From Terriglobia bacterium (GTDB lineage Bacteria > Acidobacteriota > Terriglobia > Bryobacterales > UBA6623), in NCBI GenBank assembly GCA_963824095.1, contig CAWGNS010000008.1:833272-897271 (forward strand): 64,000 nt of DNA, in the 5' to 3' direction. Position 1 is the first letter of the stretch. The number at the start of each line of letters is the position of its first letter. The position numbers and the translations under genes were made by a program. The notes under the pieces were generated by a model. That model was not told the origin of the DNA and made no database searches. It saw only the letters and a program-made list of their open reading frames with translations. Below, one piece after another: positions 49,246-58,286 of this stretch.

Positions 49246-49624
49246 AGCGTTGGCGGCGCTCTTGGCGTCGGCCGCTCATAAGGTTCGCGAAAATAATTCG
49301 GTCCGGAGCGGCGGCGCCGTCTGTTTGGGAGTAGAATCCATGGGATTCGCCGCCGCGTTGCGGCCCAGGGCCGGAAGTTCTCGACCGCGACGTTGAGCGG
49401 TGCGGAACAACACGCCGACGGAGATGTTTTTCGTCACTCCGCGCGGTCCTCGTGGTTCCAACCCGTGGCGGAGCGGTAAGTTTGCTAATTTGGAAAATGG
49501 AACGCGCTGGTTCGTCCTTGAGAGCGCGGTAGATCTGTCCCTGAGCGTTGCTTGCCGTAGTGGGAACACCCGGCCGGCGGCGTGAGGGGCGGCGGGGTTT
49601 GCCGCCAACGTCAGAAGGAGTGGA

Positions 49625-49996
49625 ATGTCGGAGCACGAACGCCAACAGTTGCTGGCCGTTTTGCAGCAGAAACTGACCGACCTGGGCGGCGGCCAGGCCG
49701 GCAAGGAAAGTCTCGCCCAGGAGCGCTCTTGCGATCCGCTCGACGAGGCCCAGGCGGAGTTGAATCTGAACCTGGCGGTGCGCCGGCTGTCGTTGGATTG
49801 GGAAACCCGCCGCGCTGTGCTGGCGGCGGTGGAACGAATCCGCAGCGGCGAATACGGCACCTGCGAAGATTGCGGCGACCCGATCCACCCCAAGCGCCTG
49901 GAAGCGGTTCCCTGGGCGACGCTATGCGTGGCCTGCCAGTCGATGGCCGAGAACCACGACACGCCCGAAGACTCCGAAGCCGAGATCGTTCAGTAA
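49625..49996 (+). CDS. TraR/DksA-family C4 zinc-finger protein
   Basis: ORF track, 123 aa. GAAGGAG RBS upstream. The sequence is ...IRSGEYGTCEDCGDPIHPKRLEAVPWATLCVACQ. Confidence 0.85.
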   Translation: MSEHERQQLLAVLQQKLTDLGGGQAGKESLAQERSCDPLDEAQAELNLNLAVRRLSLDWETRRAVLAAVERIRSGEYGTCEDCGDPIHPKRLEAVPWATLCVACQSMAENHDTPEDSEAEIVQ

Positions 49997-50004
49997 CGAT
50001 TTGA

Positions 50005-50034
50005 CGAGGGACAGACAACCTTGTCTGTCCCTCG
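50005..50034 (+). terminator. R2-type hairpin with an extended 13-bp stem (CGAGGGACAGACA-ACCT-TGTCTGTCCCTCG), 9 nt after the dksA-like stop
   Basis: Read directly. The stem is strong but no clean U-run follows. Confidence 0.55.
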
Positions 50035-50100
50035 ACTCTGGCCTTTCGACTTGGAGGGGACCGCCGCTTCAAACAGCACCCGAAGCCGTACGTGGCGCCT

Positions 50101-50161
50101 GTGGCGTGAACCTCCAGGTTTGCCGCGCTGCGATTCGTCGCGATGGAGGGCCCCGCGCCAC
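50101..50161 (+). repeat. R3 core repeat, diverged copy
   Basis: GTGGCGTGAACCTCCAGGTTTGCCGCGCTGCGATTCGTCGCGATGGAGGGCCCCGCGCCAC. Lies between convergent gene ends (49996 and 50231). Confidence 0.8.
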
Positions 50162-50230
50162 CAGAGGGTGCGTTTCCGCGGCTGACGCTTCGCTTCGGCT
50201 CCCTTCGGTTTCACCGCGCCCGTTTCGCGC

Positions 50231-51418
50231 TCAGTCCCTCAAGACCTTCTTGATGCCTCGCGTTGCCTGGCGGATGCGCTGTTCGTTTTCGACCAGGGCG
50301 AAGCGCACGTGCTGCTCGCCGGCCGGCCCGAACCCGATGCCGGGCGAAACCGCCACCAGCGCTTTTTCCAGGAGCAACTTGGAGAACTCCAGCGACCCCG
50401 CCCAGGCGTAGCGCTCGGGAATTTTCGCCCACAAGAACATCGTCGCGCGGGGGCTTTCCACCGGCCAGCCGGCGCGCTGCAGGCCGTTCACCAGCACGTC
50501 GCGCCGCTTCTGGTAGAACTGCGCGATCTTGCGCGTCTCTTCCTCGCACTCGCGCAGGGCGATGATCGAGGCGATCTGGATCGGCTGAAATACGCCGTAG
50601 TCGAGATAGCTCTTGATGCGCCCCAGCGCCGCGATCATCTTAGCGTTGCCGGAACAGAAGCCGACCCGCCAGCCCGCCATGTTGTAGCTCTTCGACATCG
50701 AGAAGATCTCGACCGCCACGTCCTTGGCTCCGGGGACCTGCAGGATGCTGGGCGCGCGGTAGCCGTCGAAGCACAGGTCGGCATAGGCGAAATCGTGGAC
50801 GATCATGGCGCCGTGCTCGCGCGCCAGTTCGACCAGCCGCTCGAAAAATGCCAGATCGACGGTGGCCGTCGTCGGGTTGTGCGGGAACGAGACCAGGATC
50901 ATCTTGGGCTTGCGCGACGAGCGCCGGAACAGGTCCTCCAGGCGGTTGAGGAACTCTGCAGGCGTCGGCATCGCCAGGTTGCACTTGTGGCCCTCGGCCA
51001 TCACGACGCCCCACTGGTGGATGGGGTAGGAAGGGTCGGGCATCACAACGGCGTCATCGGGCCCGATGACGGCGAACAGCAGGTGCGCCAGGGCGTCCTT
51101 GGCGCCCATCGTCACGATGGTCTCGGTGTCGGAGTCGAGATCGACGTCGTAGTTGGCCTTGTAACGCTTGACGACTTCTTCACGCAGCCGCGGTATGCCG
51201 CGCGACATCGAGTAGCGGTGGTTGCGGGCGTTGCGGGCCGCTTCGGCGAGCTTCTGCACCACCGGGCGCGGCGTCGCGCCGTCGGGGTTGCCCATGCCCA
51301 AGTCGATCACGTCGAGCTGCGCCGCGCGGGCCTTGGCACGCATCTCGTTGATCACGGCAAACACATAGGGCGGAAGCTTGCCGATGCGGTAAAAAGGTTC
51401 GTCGTCGAAGAGTCCCAT
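50231..51418 (-). CDS. Class I/II PLP-dependent aminotransferase (alanine/glutamate-pyruvate type)
   Basis: ORF track, 395 aa. N-terminus YRIGKLPPYVFAVINEMRAKA, plus SFPHNPT and FSMSKSYNMAGWRVGF (PLP lysine). Confidence 0.85.
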   Translation of the reverse strand: MGLFDDEPFYRIGKLPPYVFAVINEMRAKARAAQLDVIDLGMGNPDGATPRPVVQKLAEAARNARNHRYSMSRGIPRLREEVVKRYKANYDVDLDSDTETIVTMGAKDALAHLLFAVIGPDDAVVMPDPSYPIHQWGVVMAEGHKCNLAMPTPAEFLNRLEDLFRRSSRKPKMILVSFPHNPTTATVDLAFFERLVELAREHGAMIVHDFAYADLCFDGYRAPSILQVPGAKDVAVEIFSMSKSYNMAGWRVGFCSGNAKMIAALGRIKSYLDYGVFQPIQIASIIALRECEEETRKIAQFYQKRRDVLVNGLQRAGWPVESPRATMFLWAKIPERYAWAGSLEFSKLLLEKALVAVSPGIGFGPAGEQHVRFALVENEQRIRQATRGIKKVLRD

Positions 51419-51530
51419 GTTCTTTCCATTCTAGAGAAGTGCGGGACGGCCTTGGGGGGCGGGACCTTTTGGGGGACGGCGGCGGGGCTCCGACGCCGGT
51501 TGGTTAGCGGTCTTGTTGCGGCGAATTAGC

Positions 51531-51572
51531 GTCCGCCGGAGGCGGACGCTGCCGGCCGGAGGCCCGCGCCAC
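51531..51572 (+). repeat. R1 REP-like element (GTCCGCC-GGA-GGCGGAC plus GCTGCCGGCCGGAGGCCCGCGCCAC)
   Basis: Read directly. Nearly identical to 10478-10520. Confidence 0.8.
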
Positions 51573-51656
51573 ATCGCAGCCGCTGCGGGCCGGCGACGAC
51601 ATGGGCGTTGATGCGGACCGTGTCGCGCCGGATACTCGGCTTGGCTGGCGATGCGG

Positions 51657-53618
51657 TTACGCGCGGCGCTCGTTGGCCCTGGGGGAGAGTACCTCGAAGA
51701 CTCGATCCACCAGTTCGGTGGGACGATACGGCTTGGCCAGAAAACTCGTCGGGCCGCCGGCATGCAATTGGCCGGCCGCGTCGCCCTCGTCGCAATAGCC
51801 GCTGCTGAGGATCACCGGCAGCCCGGGACACATCGCGCGCATTTGCTGCAGCACCTGCCTGCCATCCATGTGCGGCATCACCAGGTCGAGCAGCACCGCG
51901 CCGACCGCGGCCCCGTTGGCGCGGTCGCGGCGGAGAATCGCCAGCGCCTGCTCGCCGTCCGATGCCGTGATCACGTCCAGCCCGGCGCGCTTCAGGGCCG
52001 CCCGGGTGATGCTGCGGATCGATTCCTCGTCGTCGACCACCAGCACGGTGCCGCAGCCGCGCCGTTCGGCCGCCGCCTTGGGTTCGGGCGACCGGTCAAC
52101 GGCCCCGCTTGCGGCCGGGAACAGAATCTCGATTTCACTTCCCTGCGACGGACGGCTGTGGACCTGGATGGAGCCCTGATGGCCTCGCACGATGCCCAGG
52201 ACCGCGGCCAGGCCGAGCCCGCGGCCCGTGAATTTCGTGCTGAAGAATGGGTCGAACAGCCTGGCTTTCGTCTCCCTGCTCATCCCGCAGCCGCTGTCGG
52301 CGACTTCCAGGCAAACATAGCCGCCTGCCCCCAGCGGGGTCTCCAACGAAGTGCGGTAGGACTTCCCGGGCGGCACGTCCAGCCGCCGCGTCGACACCCG
52401 GACGACACCCGCCACGCCCCCGATGGCTTCCGATGCGTTGACCACCAGATTGATCAACACCTGGCGCATCTGGGTGACGTCGGCCTCGATGGCGGGCAGG
52501 TCGGCGCCGAGGTCGCAGCGCAACTCGGCCGTCTTCCCGATGGAGGCGCGCAGCAGATCGACCGACTCCCGCACGAGCGCGGATAGATCGACCCGCTCGG
52601 TGGTGAAAGCGCCCTTGCCGCAGAAGGCCAGCATCTGCTTGACCAGCCCGCTGGCGTGCGTGCCGGCCTTGTCGATCTGTTCGGCGGCGTCCCACAGCAT
52701 CGACTCGCGGGGCAGTTCCTCGAGCAGCACGCTGGCGTTGCCGACAATGCTGGTGAGCAGGTTGTTGAAGTCGTGCGCCACGCCGCCGGCCATCACGCGC
52801 AACCCCTCCAGGCGCTGCGCCTGGATCACCTCGGCTTGCAGCAGGCGTCTCTCTTGCTCGGCGGCGTCCCGTGCGCGGATGGTTTCCGCCAACGCATCGT
52901 TGAGTGCCGCCAGCTCGCTGTTCGCCGCCGCCAGCTCCTCGTTGGCCTCTTCCAGCTCCGCATTCACCGATTCAAGTTGGTAGTACGCCGACTTCAGCCG
53001 GGCGGTGCCCACCTCCTGCTCTTCGATGATCGATTCCAACGTCGCGCGTGTGGCCAGCAGCTCATCTTTCAGGCTCCCCGCGCCGTTGTGGGCCGCGCGC
53101 CGCTCGGCCAGACGCAGTTGGGGCTTCTTTCCGGCAGGTTCGGGATGGGCCGGCCGCTCGCCGCGCTCGGCTTCCTCAAAAAGAACGCGGATCACCGGCT
53201 TGCCCGATGGATGCCGGTCGATGCGGGTGACCTCGATATTCGCCCGCCGCACGCCGTCTTCCGATGCCAGCGTCAGGCGCTCTTTGCGGGCCGTGCCGCC
53301 GCTTTGCCGCACCAGCCGCACGGCCTCCAGCACGGCGTGCTCCATGCCGGGGTTCAGCATCACGGTCAGGTTGAGGTGCGCCCTGCCGACCGGGAGTTGC
53401 AGGTAACGGCCGGTGCTTCCCAGAAACTCGAGGACGGTGAGCTGCTGGTCGACGATGACGCCGGCCCGTGGGTAGGGTTGGGACCGATCCGGCTTGGCCT
53501 CGGCCGCGCGTTCCGAATCTTCCGACGCCGCGGGCTGGCACACGGTTTTCGAGTGGCGACTCCCGGGCATGCTGCTCTCCTTGCGTGCCACTGCTGGCGA
53601 GCGTGATTGACGAGACAT
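51657..53618 (-). CDS. Hybrid sensor histidine kinase (PAS-like N-domain, coiled coil, HisKA, HATPase_c, C-terminal receiver)
   Basis: ORF track, 653 aa. H-box is MAGGVAHDFNNLL. N/G boxes are NLVVNASEA, DSGCGM and GRGLGLA. The receiver has VLVVDDE...LDLVMPHMDG. Confidence 0.9.
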   Translation of the reverse strand: MSRQSRSPAVARKESSMPGSRHSKTVCQPAASEDSERAAEAKPDRSQPYPRAGVIVDQQLTVLEFLGSTGRYLQLPVGRAHLNLTVMLNPGMEHAVLEAVRLVRQSGGTARKERLTLASEDGVRRANIEVTRIDRHPSGKPVIRVLFEEAERGERPAHPEPAGKKPQLRLAERRAAHNGAGSLKDELLATRATLESIIEEQEVGTARLKSAYYQLESVNAELEEANEELAAANSELAALNDALAETIRARDAAEQERRLLQAEVIQAQRLEGLRVMAGGVAHDFNNLLTSIVGNASVLLEELPRESMLWDAAEQIDKAGTHASGLVKQMLAFCGKGAFTTERVDLSALVRESVDLLRASIGKTAELRCDLGADLPAIEADVTQMRQVLINLVVNASEAIGGVAGVVRVSTRRLDVPPGKSYRTSLETPLGAGGYVCLEVADSGCGMSRETKARLFDPFFSTKFTGRGLGLAAVLGIVRGHQGSIQVHSRPSQGSEIEILFPAASGAVDRSPEPKAAAERRGCGTVLVVDDEESIRSITRAALKRAGLDVITASDGEQALAILRRDRANGAAVGAVLLDLVMPHMDGRQVLQQMRAMCPGLPVILSSGYCDEGDAAGQLHAGGPTSFLAKPYRPTELVDRVFEVLSPRANERRA

Positions 53619-54183
53619 GCGGCGGCTCTTCTCGTGGAAAACGCCTTCATCATATATCAGAAGTCAACGATATTTCAATGAAACTTATGACAGAATTCAT
53701 GGAAACCGGATGATAGAACGCACTATGCCCCGGCGCGTATGCCATTGCCTTCGGCTATACCTGCGAAATGATGGCATATTGCTAATAAACACGTGAGGCC
53801 GAAGGACTGCGTGGCGACCAGCCGGGCGGAGCAGGGTGAGACGCCCCCACCTTCGACGGCCACCGGCCGGCGCCCCACGGGGCTGGTCACCGTGTTTAGC
53901 CCGCTCCTCTCACACAGAATCGGAGCGAGAGGCGGGAGAAGGCCGTGGATACGAGGCGCGCGCCGCTTGGCGCGCGGAGGCGTACTTGGGCAGTACGTTG
54001 AGCACGGCAAGCAAGCGCAACGAAGTAGACGCGCCCATGTCCTACCGACAACTGCATGGGTGGGTCCCTCCCCCACTGCTGATCTGCGCCTTCGGGGCGC
54101 ACTGAGATATGCGGGCTAGGCTCGGGCGAAAGCGGCCAGGGGCTCCCTTGTCCCCCTTCCGTCACTGCGATAGAGTCAGAAGA

Positions 54184-56364
54184 GTGACTCTCAGCCTACT
54201 GGCTCTATGCATCGTGCTCGCCCTCCCTCTGGCCGGGCAGCAAGCCCCGAAAAAGCCTTTCGACGCCTACGCGCTGTCGCGGCTGGTGCGCGTCTCCGAC
54301 CCGCAGCTTTCGCCCGACGGCCTGACGCTGGCGTTTGTCGCCGAGCGCGTGTATCTCTCGGATAACAAGAAGGAAAAGCACATCTATACGGTGCCGTTGG
54401 CGGGCGGTGAGCCGCGCCGCATCTCGCTCTACGGCGACTCCAACGCGCGCCCGCGCTGGTCGCCCGACTCGCAGCAAATCGCCTTCGTCTCCAACCGCTC
54501 CGGCAATTCGCAGATCTGGATCATGAACGCCGACGGCAACGCCGCCCGGCAGGTCACCAATCTCGCCACCGAGGCCGACGGCGTGCTGTTTTCCCCCAAC
54601 GGCCAGTTCCTGCTGTTTACCAGCCGCGTCTTCCCCGACTGCAACGACGCCGCCTGCAACGAGCAGAAACTCCAGGAGCGCAAGAACAGCAAGCTCGAGG
54701 CGCGCCTCTACGACAGCCTGCTCTATCGCCACTGGGATACCTGGGACGACGGCCGCCGCAGCCATCTGTTTGTCGTCGGGCTCAATCCCGACAACGCCGC
54801 GGGAAGCCCCTTTGGGCCGACCCCTCGCGATCTCACGCCGGGACGCTACGACGTGCCGCCGTTTTCGCTGGGAGGGCCCGACGCCTACGCCATCGCGCCC
54901 GACGGCCTGGAGGTCTGCTACACCCGCGGACCGGCCGACAACCCGGCGGCTAGCACCAACTCCGATCTGTTCGTGGTGCCGACCGAGGGCGGCCCACCCA
55001 CCCAGATCACCACCAATCTCGCCGCCGACACCTCGCCGGTCTATTCGCCCGACGGCCGCTACCTCGCCTACCGCTCGCAGGAGCGCGCCGGCTACGAGAG
55101 CGACCGCTGGCGCCTGACGCTGCTGACCCGCGCCACCGGCGAACTGGTCAATCTCACCGAAACACTCGACCGCTGGGTCACCAGCCTCACCTGGTCCGCC
55201 GACTCGGCGCGCATTTTCTTCACCGCCGAAGACCGCGGGCGCGAGCCGATCATGATGGTGCCCGTCACCGGCGGCGGCGTCAAGATGATCGTCTTCGGCG
55301 ACGCCCATCACGGCGATATTCAGCTCACCCCCGACGGCCGCTCGATCGTCTACACCGTCGACAGCGGCTCGCATCCCACCGAGATCTATCACGGCTTCTC
55401 GTCGGGTGGCGCGCCGGTGCAGCTCACCCACTTCAACGACGAGTTGCTCGGCCAATACCAGTTGGAAGAACTCGAGCAGGTCAGCTACACCAGCACCGAC
55501 GGCGCCACCATCGAAGGCTTCGTGGCCAAGCCGCCGGACTTCGACATGAACCGCAAGTATCCGCTCTTGCTGCTGATTCACGGCGGCCCGCAAGGCGCCT
55601 GGGGCGAGAGCTGGAGCTACCGCTGGAATGCGCAGGTGTTCGCGGGCGCCGGATTCGTGGTCTTCATGCCCAACCCGCGGGGCTCCACCGGCTACGGCCA
55701 GAATTTCATTGACGCCATTCGCGGCGACTGGGGCGGCCAAGTCTATCTCGACATCATGGCCGGAGTCGACTACATGGCCCGCCGTCCCTACATCGATGCC
55801 GGCCGCATGGCCGCCGCCGGCGCCTCCTTCGGCGGCTACATGATCGACTGGATGCTCGGCCACACCGACCGTTTCCGCGCTTTCGTCACCCACGACGGCG
55901 TCTACGACCTGCAGAGCATGTTCGGCGGCACCGAGGAACTGTGGTTCCCGCTTTGGGAGTTTCAGGGAACGCCCTGGGACAACCCCGACATGTACAAGCG
56001 CTGGTCGCCGAGCCAGTACGTTACGAACTTCAAGACCCCCACGCTGATCGTGCACGGCGGCAAAGACTACCGCGTGCCCGACACCCAGGGCATGCAGCTA
56101 TTCACCGCCCTGCAGACCCGCAACGTGCCGTCGCGCTTTCTCTATTTCCCCGACGAAGGCCACTGGGTGCTCAAGCCGCGCAACAGCCTGTACTGGTATC
56201 AGACGGTGCTCGACTGGCTGAAGACCTGGGTCGAGCGAGGCTACGCGCCGCCGGCGACGCCCGCCCCAGTCACCAGCCTGGAGCAGCAGCCCGAGGCCCC
56301 CGCGGCCGAGCCCCAGCCCGCCATCCAGATCGACCGCGGCGAGACCCCGAAGCCCCAGGACTAA
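54184..56364 (+). CDS. S9-family serine peptidase (beta-propeller plus prolyl-oligopeptidase/DPP catalytic domain), secreted
   Basis: ORF 54109-56364. The start is tentatively the GTG at 54184 (VTLSLLALCIVLALPLAGQQ). TolB-like propeller repeats are present. The catalytic GASFGGYM (GxSxGG), D and H (PDEGHW) are present. Confidence 0.85.
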   Translation: MTLSLLALCIVLALPLAGQQAPKKPFDAYALSRLVRVSDPQLSPDGLTLAFVAERVYLSDNKKEKHIYTVPLAGGEPRRISLYGDSNARPRWSPDSQQIAFVSNRSGNSQIWIMNADGNAARQVTNLATEADGVLFSPNGQFLLFTSRVFPDCNDAACNEQKLQERKNSKLEARLYDSLLYRHWDTWDDGRRSHLFVVGLNPDNAAGSPFGPTPRDLTPGRYDVPPFSLGGPDAYAIAPDGLEVCYTRGPADNPAASTNSDLFVVPTEGGPPTQITTNLAADTSPVYSPDGRYLAYRSQERAGYESDRWRLTLLTRATGELVNLTETLDRWVTSLTWSADSARIFFTAEDRGREPIMMVPVTGGGVKMIVFGDAHHGDIQLTPDGRSIVYTVDSGSHPTEIYHGFSSGGAPVQLTHFNDELLGQYQLEELEQVSYTSTDGATIEGFVAKPPDFDMNRKYPLLLLIHGGPQGAWGESWSYRWNAQVFAGAGFVVFMPNPRGSTGYGQNFIDAIRGDWGGQVYLDIMAGVDYMARRPYIDAGRMAAAGASFGGYMIDWMLGHTDRFRAFVTHDGVYDLQSMFGGTEELWFPLWEFQGTPWDNPDMYKRWSPSQYVTNFKTPTLIVHGGKDYRVPDTQGMQLFTALQTRNVPSRFLYFPDEGHWVLKPRNSLYWYQTVLDWLKTWVERGYAPPATPAPVTSLEQQPEAPAAEPQPAIQIDRGETPKPQD

Positions 56365-56394
56365 ACCGAGCACGCCGGCGGGAATCCCGTGGCG

Positions 56395-56560
56395 CGCCGT
56401 AGCGCAGGGCTCGAAGAGACCTGCGGCATTTGGGGATTCAGACGTAGCAATGAACGCAAGCGGTGAACAGCAGCGGGCGGACCTGGACCAGAGCGGCCCG
56501 TCGTCCGCGCCCGCAAGCCTGGTCACAAACCGCAGGTCTCTGCGAGCCCTGCGCTACCGG
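56395..56560. repeat. R5 inverted pair: CGCCGTAGCGCAGGGCTCGAAGAGACCTGCGG (56395-56426) and its inverted partner CCGCAGGTCTCTGCGAGCCCTGCGCTACCGG (56530-56560)
   Basis: Read directly. About 100 nt lie between the arms. Confidence 0.8.
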
Positions 56561-56638
56561 TTCGACCCACCGGTTCCAGCCACGGGTTCGGTCTACGGGT
56601 TCGGCCCAGCCGATTCAAGACTCACGGGGCGATAACCA

Positions 56639-56965
56639 ATGATCATCCACAACGCCGCCGCCAAAGCCCAGTACCGGCCCGACAAAATGGGCAAGTCGGA
56701 CCTGGCCGGCTCCGAATACCTCTTCGCCGGGCTCAACGCCTTCGAACCGGGTCAGACGCACCAACTCCACACCCACCCCGGCCAGGACAAGCTCTATTTC
56801 GTTCTGGAAGGCGAAGGCGACGTCACGGTAGGAAGCGAACAAGCCCGCATCCGCCCCGGAGACCTGGTGCTGGCCCCATCGGGCGAGCCGCATTCTCTGA
56901 CCAACCCCGGCCCCGGTCGCCTCGTTGTGATGGTGGTGATGGCCCCACCCCCAGCCAAAAAATAA
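56639..56965 (+). CDS. Cupin-domain protein
   Basis: ORF track, 108 aa. Two-motif cupin: HQLHTHPGQDKLYFVLEGEG ... GDLVLAPSGEPHSLTN. Confidence 0.8.
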   Translation: MIIHNAAAKAQYRPDKMGKSDLAGSEYLFAGLNAFEPGQTHQLHTHPGQDKLYFVLEGEGDVTVGSEQARIRPGDLVLAPSGEPHSLTNPGPGRLVVMVVMAPPPAKK

Positions 56966-57022
56966 CTCCAACGGGCACCTACCAGACCGAACCAACCGCC
57001 CCGGAAGCGAGAGCGCCAACCC

Positions 57023-57064
57023 GTGGCGCAGGCCTCCGGCCGGCCGCGTCGACCTGAGGTCGAC
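57023..57064 (-). repeat. R1 REP-like element, inverted (GTGGCGCAGGCCTCCGGCCGGCCGC plus GTCGACC-TGA-GGTCGAC)
   Basis: Read directly. Confidence 0.8.
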
Positions 57065-57097
57065 GTTCTCCCGCCCTGCCCCACTCCTCAAAGCCAG

Positions 57098-57646
57098 TCA
57101 TCCCACCCGCAACCCCAGCGCCCCCACCGCCTGCGCCGAAAACGCCGCCAGGTTCACCAGCGCCGCCCCGAAAATCACCCAGACGCTATCGACCTCGGTA
57201 AACACCATCGCCGCCAGCCCCACCGCCAGGATCCCCGCGGTCACAACCCCGGAAACCGCGTCGCGCGCCAACGGAACCGCCGAGGCCCACATCAGCCCGG
57301 CGCTCGAAAGCACCACCGCGTGCAGCACGGCCTTGATCCGCGGGTGCTCGGCTCGCCGCCCCAGGTAGTGCATCAACGGAATCACCAGCAGCGCCGGCGT
57401 GATCATTGCCAGCCAGCCGGCCACCGCCCCCGGCACGCCCCCGGCATAATAGCCGACGCACACGATGTAGAGGCCCACCGGCCCGGGAGTCGTCCGCCCC
57501 ACCACGATCGCCGTATTCAACTGCTCGTCGGTCAAGACCTGCCGCTCGACCACCAGGTCGTCGCGAATGATCGGCAGCGACGCCATCCCGGTAAAGGTGG
57601 TCGCCGTCGCCTTGAGCAGCAGCAGGTAGAGCAAAAAAGGGTTCAT
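57098..57646 (-). CDS. chrA: Chromate transporter, short-chain CHR family, second half-gene
   Basis: ORF 57098-58075 trimmed to the ATG at 57646 (MNPFLLYLLLLKATATTFTGMASLPIIRDDLV...), which overlaps the upstream stop as ATGA. Confidence 0.8.
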   Translation of the reverse strand: MNPFLLYLLLLKATATTFTGMASLPIIRDDLVVERQVLTDEQLNTAIVVGRTTPGPVGLYIVCVGYYAGGVPGAVAGWLAMITPALLVIPLMHYLGRRAEHPRIKAVLHAVVLSSAGLMWASAVPLARDAVSGVVTAGILAVGLAAMVFTEVDSVWVIFGAALVNLAAFSAQAVGALGLRVG

Positions 57647-58188
57647 GAGCGCTTCTTCCCCGAAGGCCAAAACGCGCCGATCACCGCCGCCGCTACCATC
57701 ACGCGCAGCGGAGCCACCTCGAGCACGCCCAGCACGAACGAGCCGCCCACCAAAAGCGCCGCCTGCAGCCGCGGAACCAGCCGCAAATAGGGCCGCAGCA
57801 GGCTCCAGCCGGCCCCGGCCATCACCGCCACCGCGCCCGCCATGGCCCCGTTGAGCGCCGCCGCCAGCACCTGGTTGCCGCTCCACAACGCGTAGAGCGC
57901 GGTAATCAATGCCGCCATCGCCGAGCACGGCACCGACGCGGCCAGCAGCGCCACGACGGCCCCCGGCACGCCCCGCAACTGCCAACCCGTGGCCGCGCAA
58001 AACGCCAGCAGATTCGTGCCCGGGGTCGCCCGCGCCAATCCATAGGCGACGCCGACCTCCTCCACGCTCAACCACTTGCGGCGCTCAATCATCTCCCGCT
58101 GCAACACCGCCATCGTCGGGTTGCCGCCCCCGAAAGCGATGTTGCCGTAGGTGCCAAACAGCCGCGTGATCTCTCCCAATCCAGGCAT
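57643..58188 (-). CDS. chrA: Chromate transporter, short-chain CHR family, first half-gene
   Basis: ORF track, 181 aa: FGTYGNIAFGGGNPTMAVLQREMIERRKWLSVEEVGVAYGLARATPGTNLLAF. Confidence 0.8.
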   Translation of the reverse strand: MPGLGEITRLFGTYGNIAFGGGNPTMAVLQREMIERRKWLSVEEVGVAYGLARATPGTNLLAFCAATGWQLRGVPGAVVALLAASVPCSAMAALITALYALWSGNQVLAAALNGAMAGAVAVMAGAGWSLLRPYLRLVPRLQAALLVGGSFVLGVLEVAPLRVMVAAAVIGAFWPSGKKRS

Positions 58189-58286
58189 GGAGCGATTATC
58201 GCCGAAGGGCGATCCGAGCCGCGCGCGTCAGCAAGCGGTAGCAACCAACCCCCAATCCGCAACAGCCGCCGGCTGCGCCTGCTGAG

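Noticed and set aside
49400-49585. 61-aa ORF in the 379-nt spacer upstream of the dksA-like gene
   Set aside because: By eye its GC3 is only about 60%, against more than 80% in real genes here. It has a GTG start without an RBS and a featureless sequence. The spacer may still hold regulatory RNA, but I have no positive evidence.
46048-50161. Possible CRISPR array, because the same ~60-nt hairpin-containing repeat recurs
   Set aside because: The copies are 1.7-2.3 kb apart, in mixed orientation, separated by genes and not by uniform 25-50-nt spacers. No cas genes are present.
53791-54110. Whether the hairpin-rich spacer is a known housekeeping RNA (RNase P, tmRNA, SRP/4.5S, 6S) or a cobalamin/TPP riboswitch
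   Set aside because: I found none of the diagnostic strings I remember: GAGGAAAGTCCGGGC, the tRNA-like tmRNA ends, the AGGTCCGGAAGGAAGCAGC-type SRP motif, the GCCACTG B12 box in context, or CTGAGA for TPP. It is kept only as an unnamed candidate in the findings.
54205-56055. 616-aa minus-strand ORF antisense to the S9 peptidase. The same phenomenon occurs at 26036-27556, 40444-41895, 44817-45923, 46252-47433, 47914-49236, 50309-51529 and 28093-29154.
   Set aside because: Each lies opposite a CDS with clear family signatures. Their compositions are dominated by Arg/Gly/Ala/Val/Asp, as expected from the reverse complement of GC3-rich codons. None has a recognisable domain.
57098-58188. Split chrA as a disrupted pseudogene
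   Set aside because: The two halves overlap by ATGA and each begins with its own start codon and a CHR-domain N-terminus. Paired short-chain CHR genes are a known natural arrangement.
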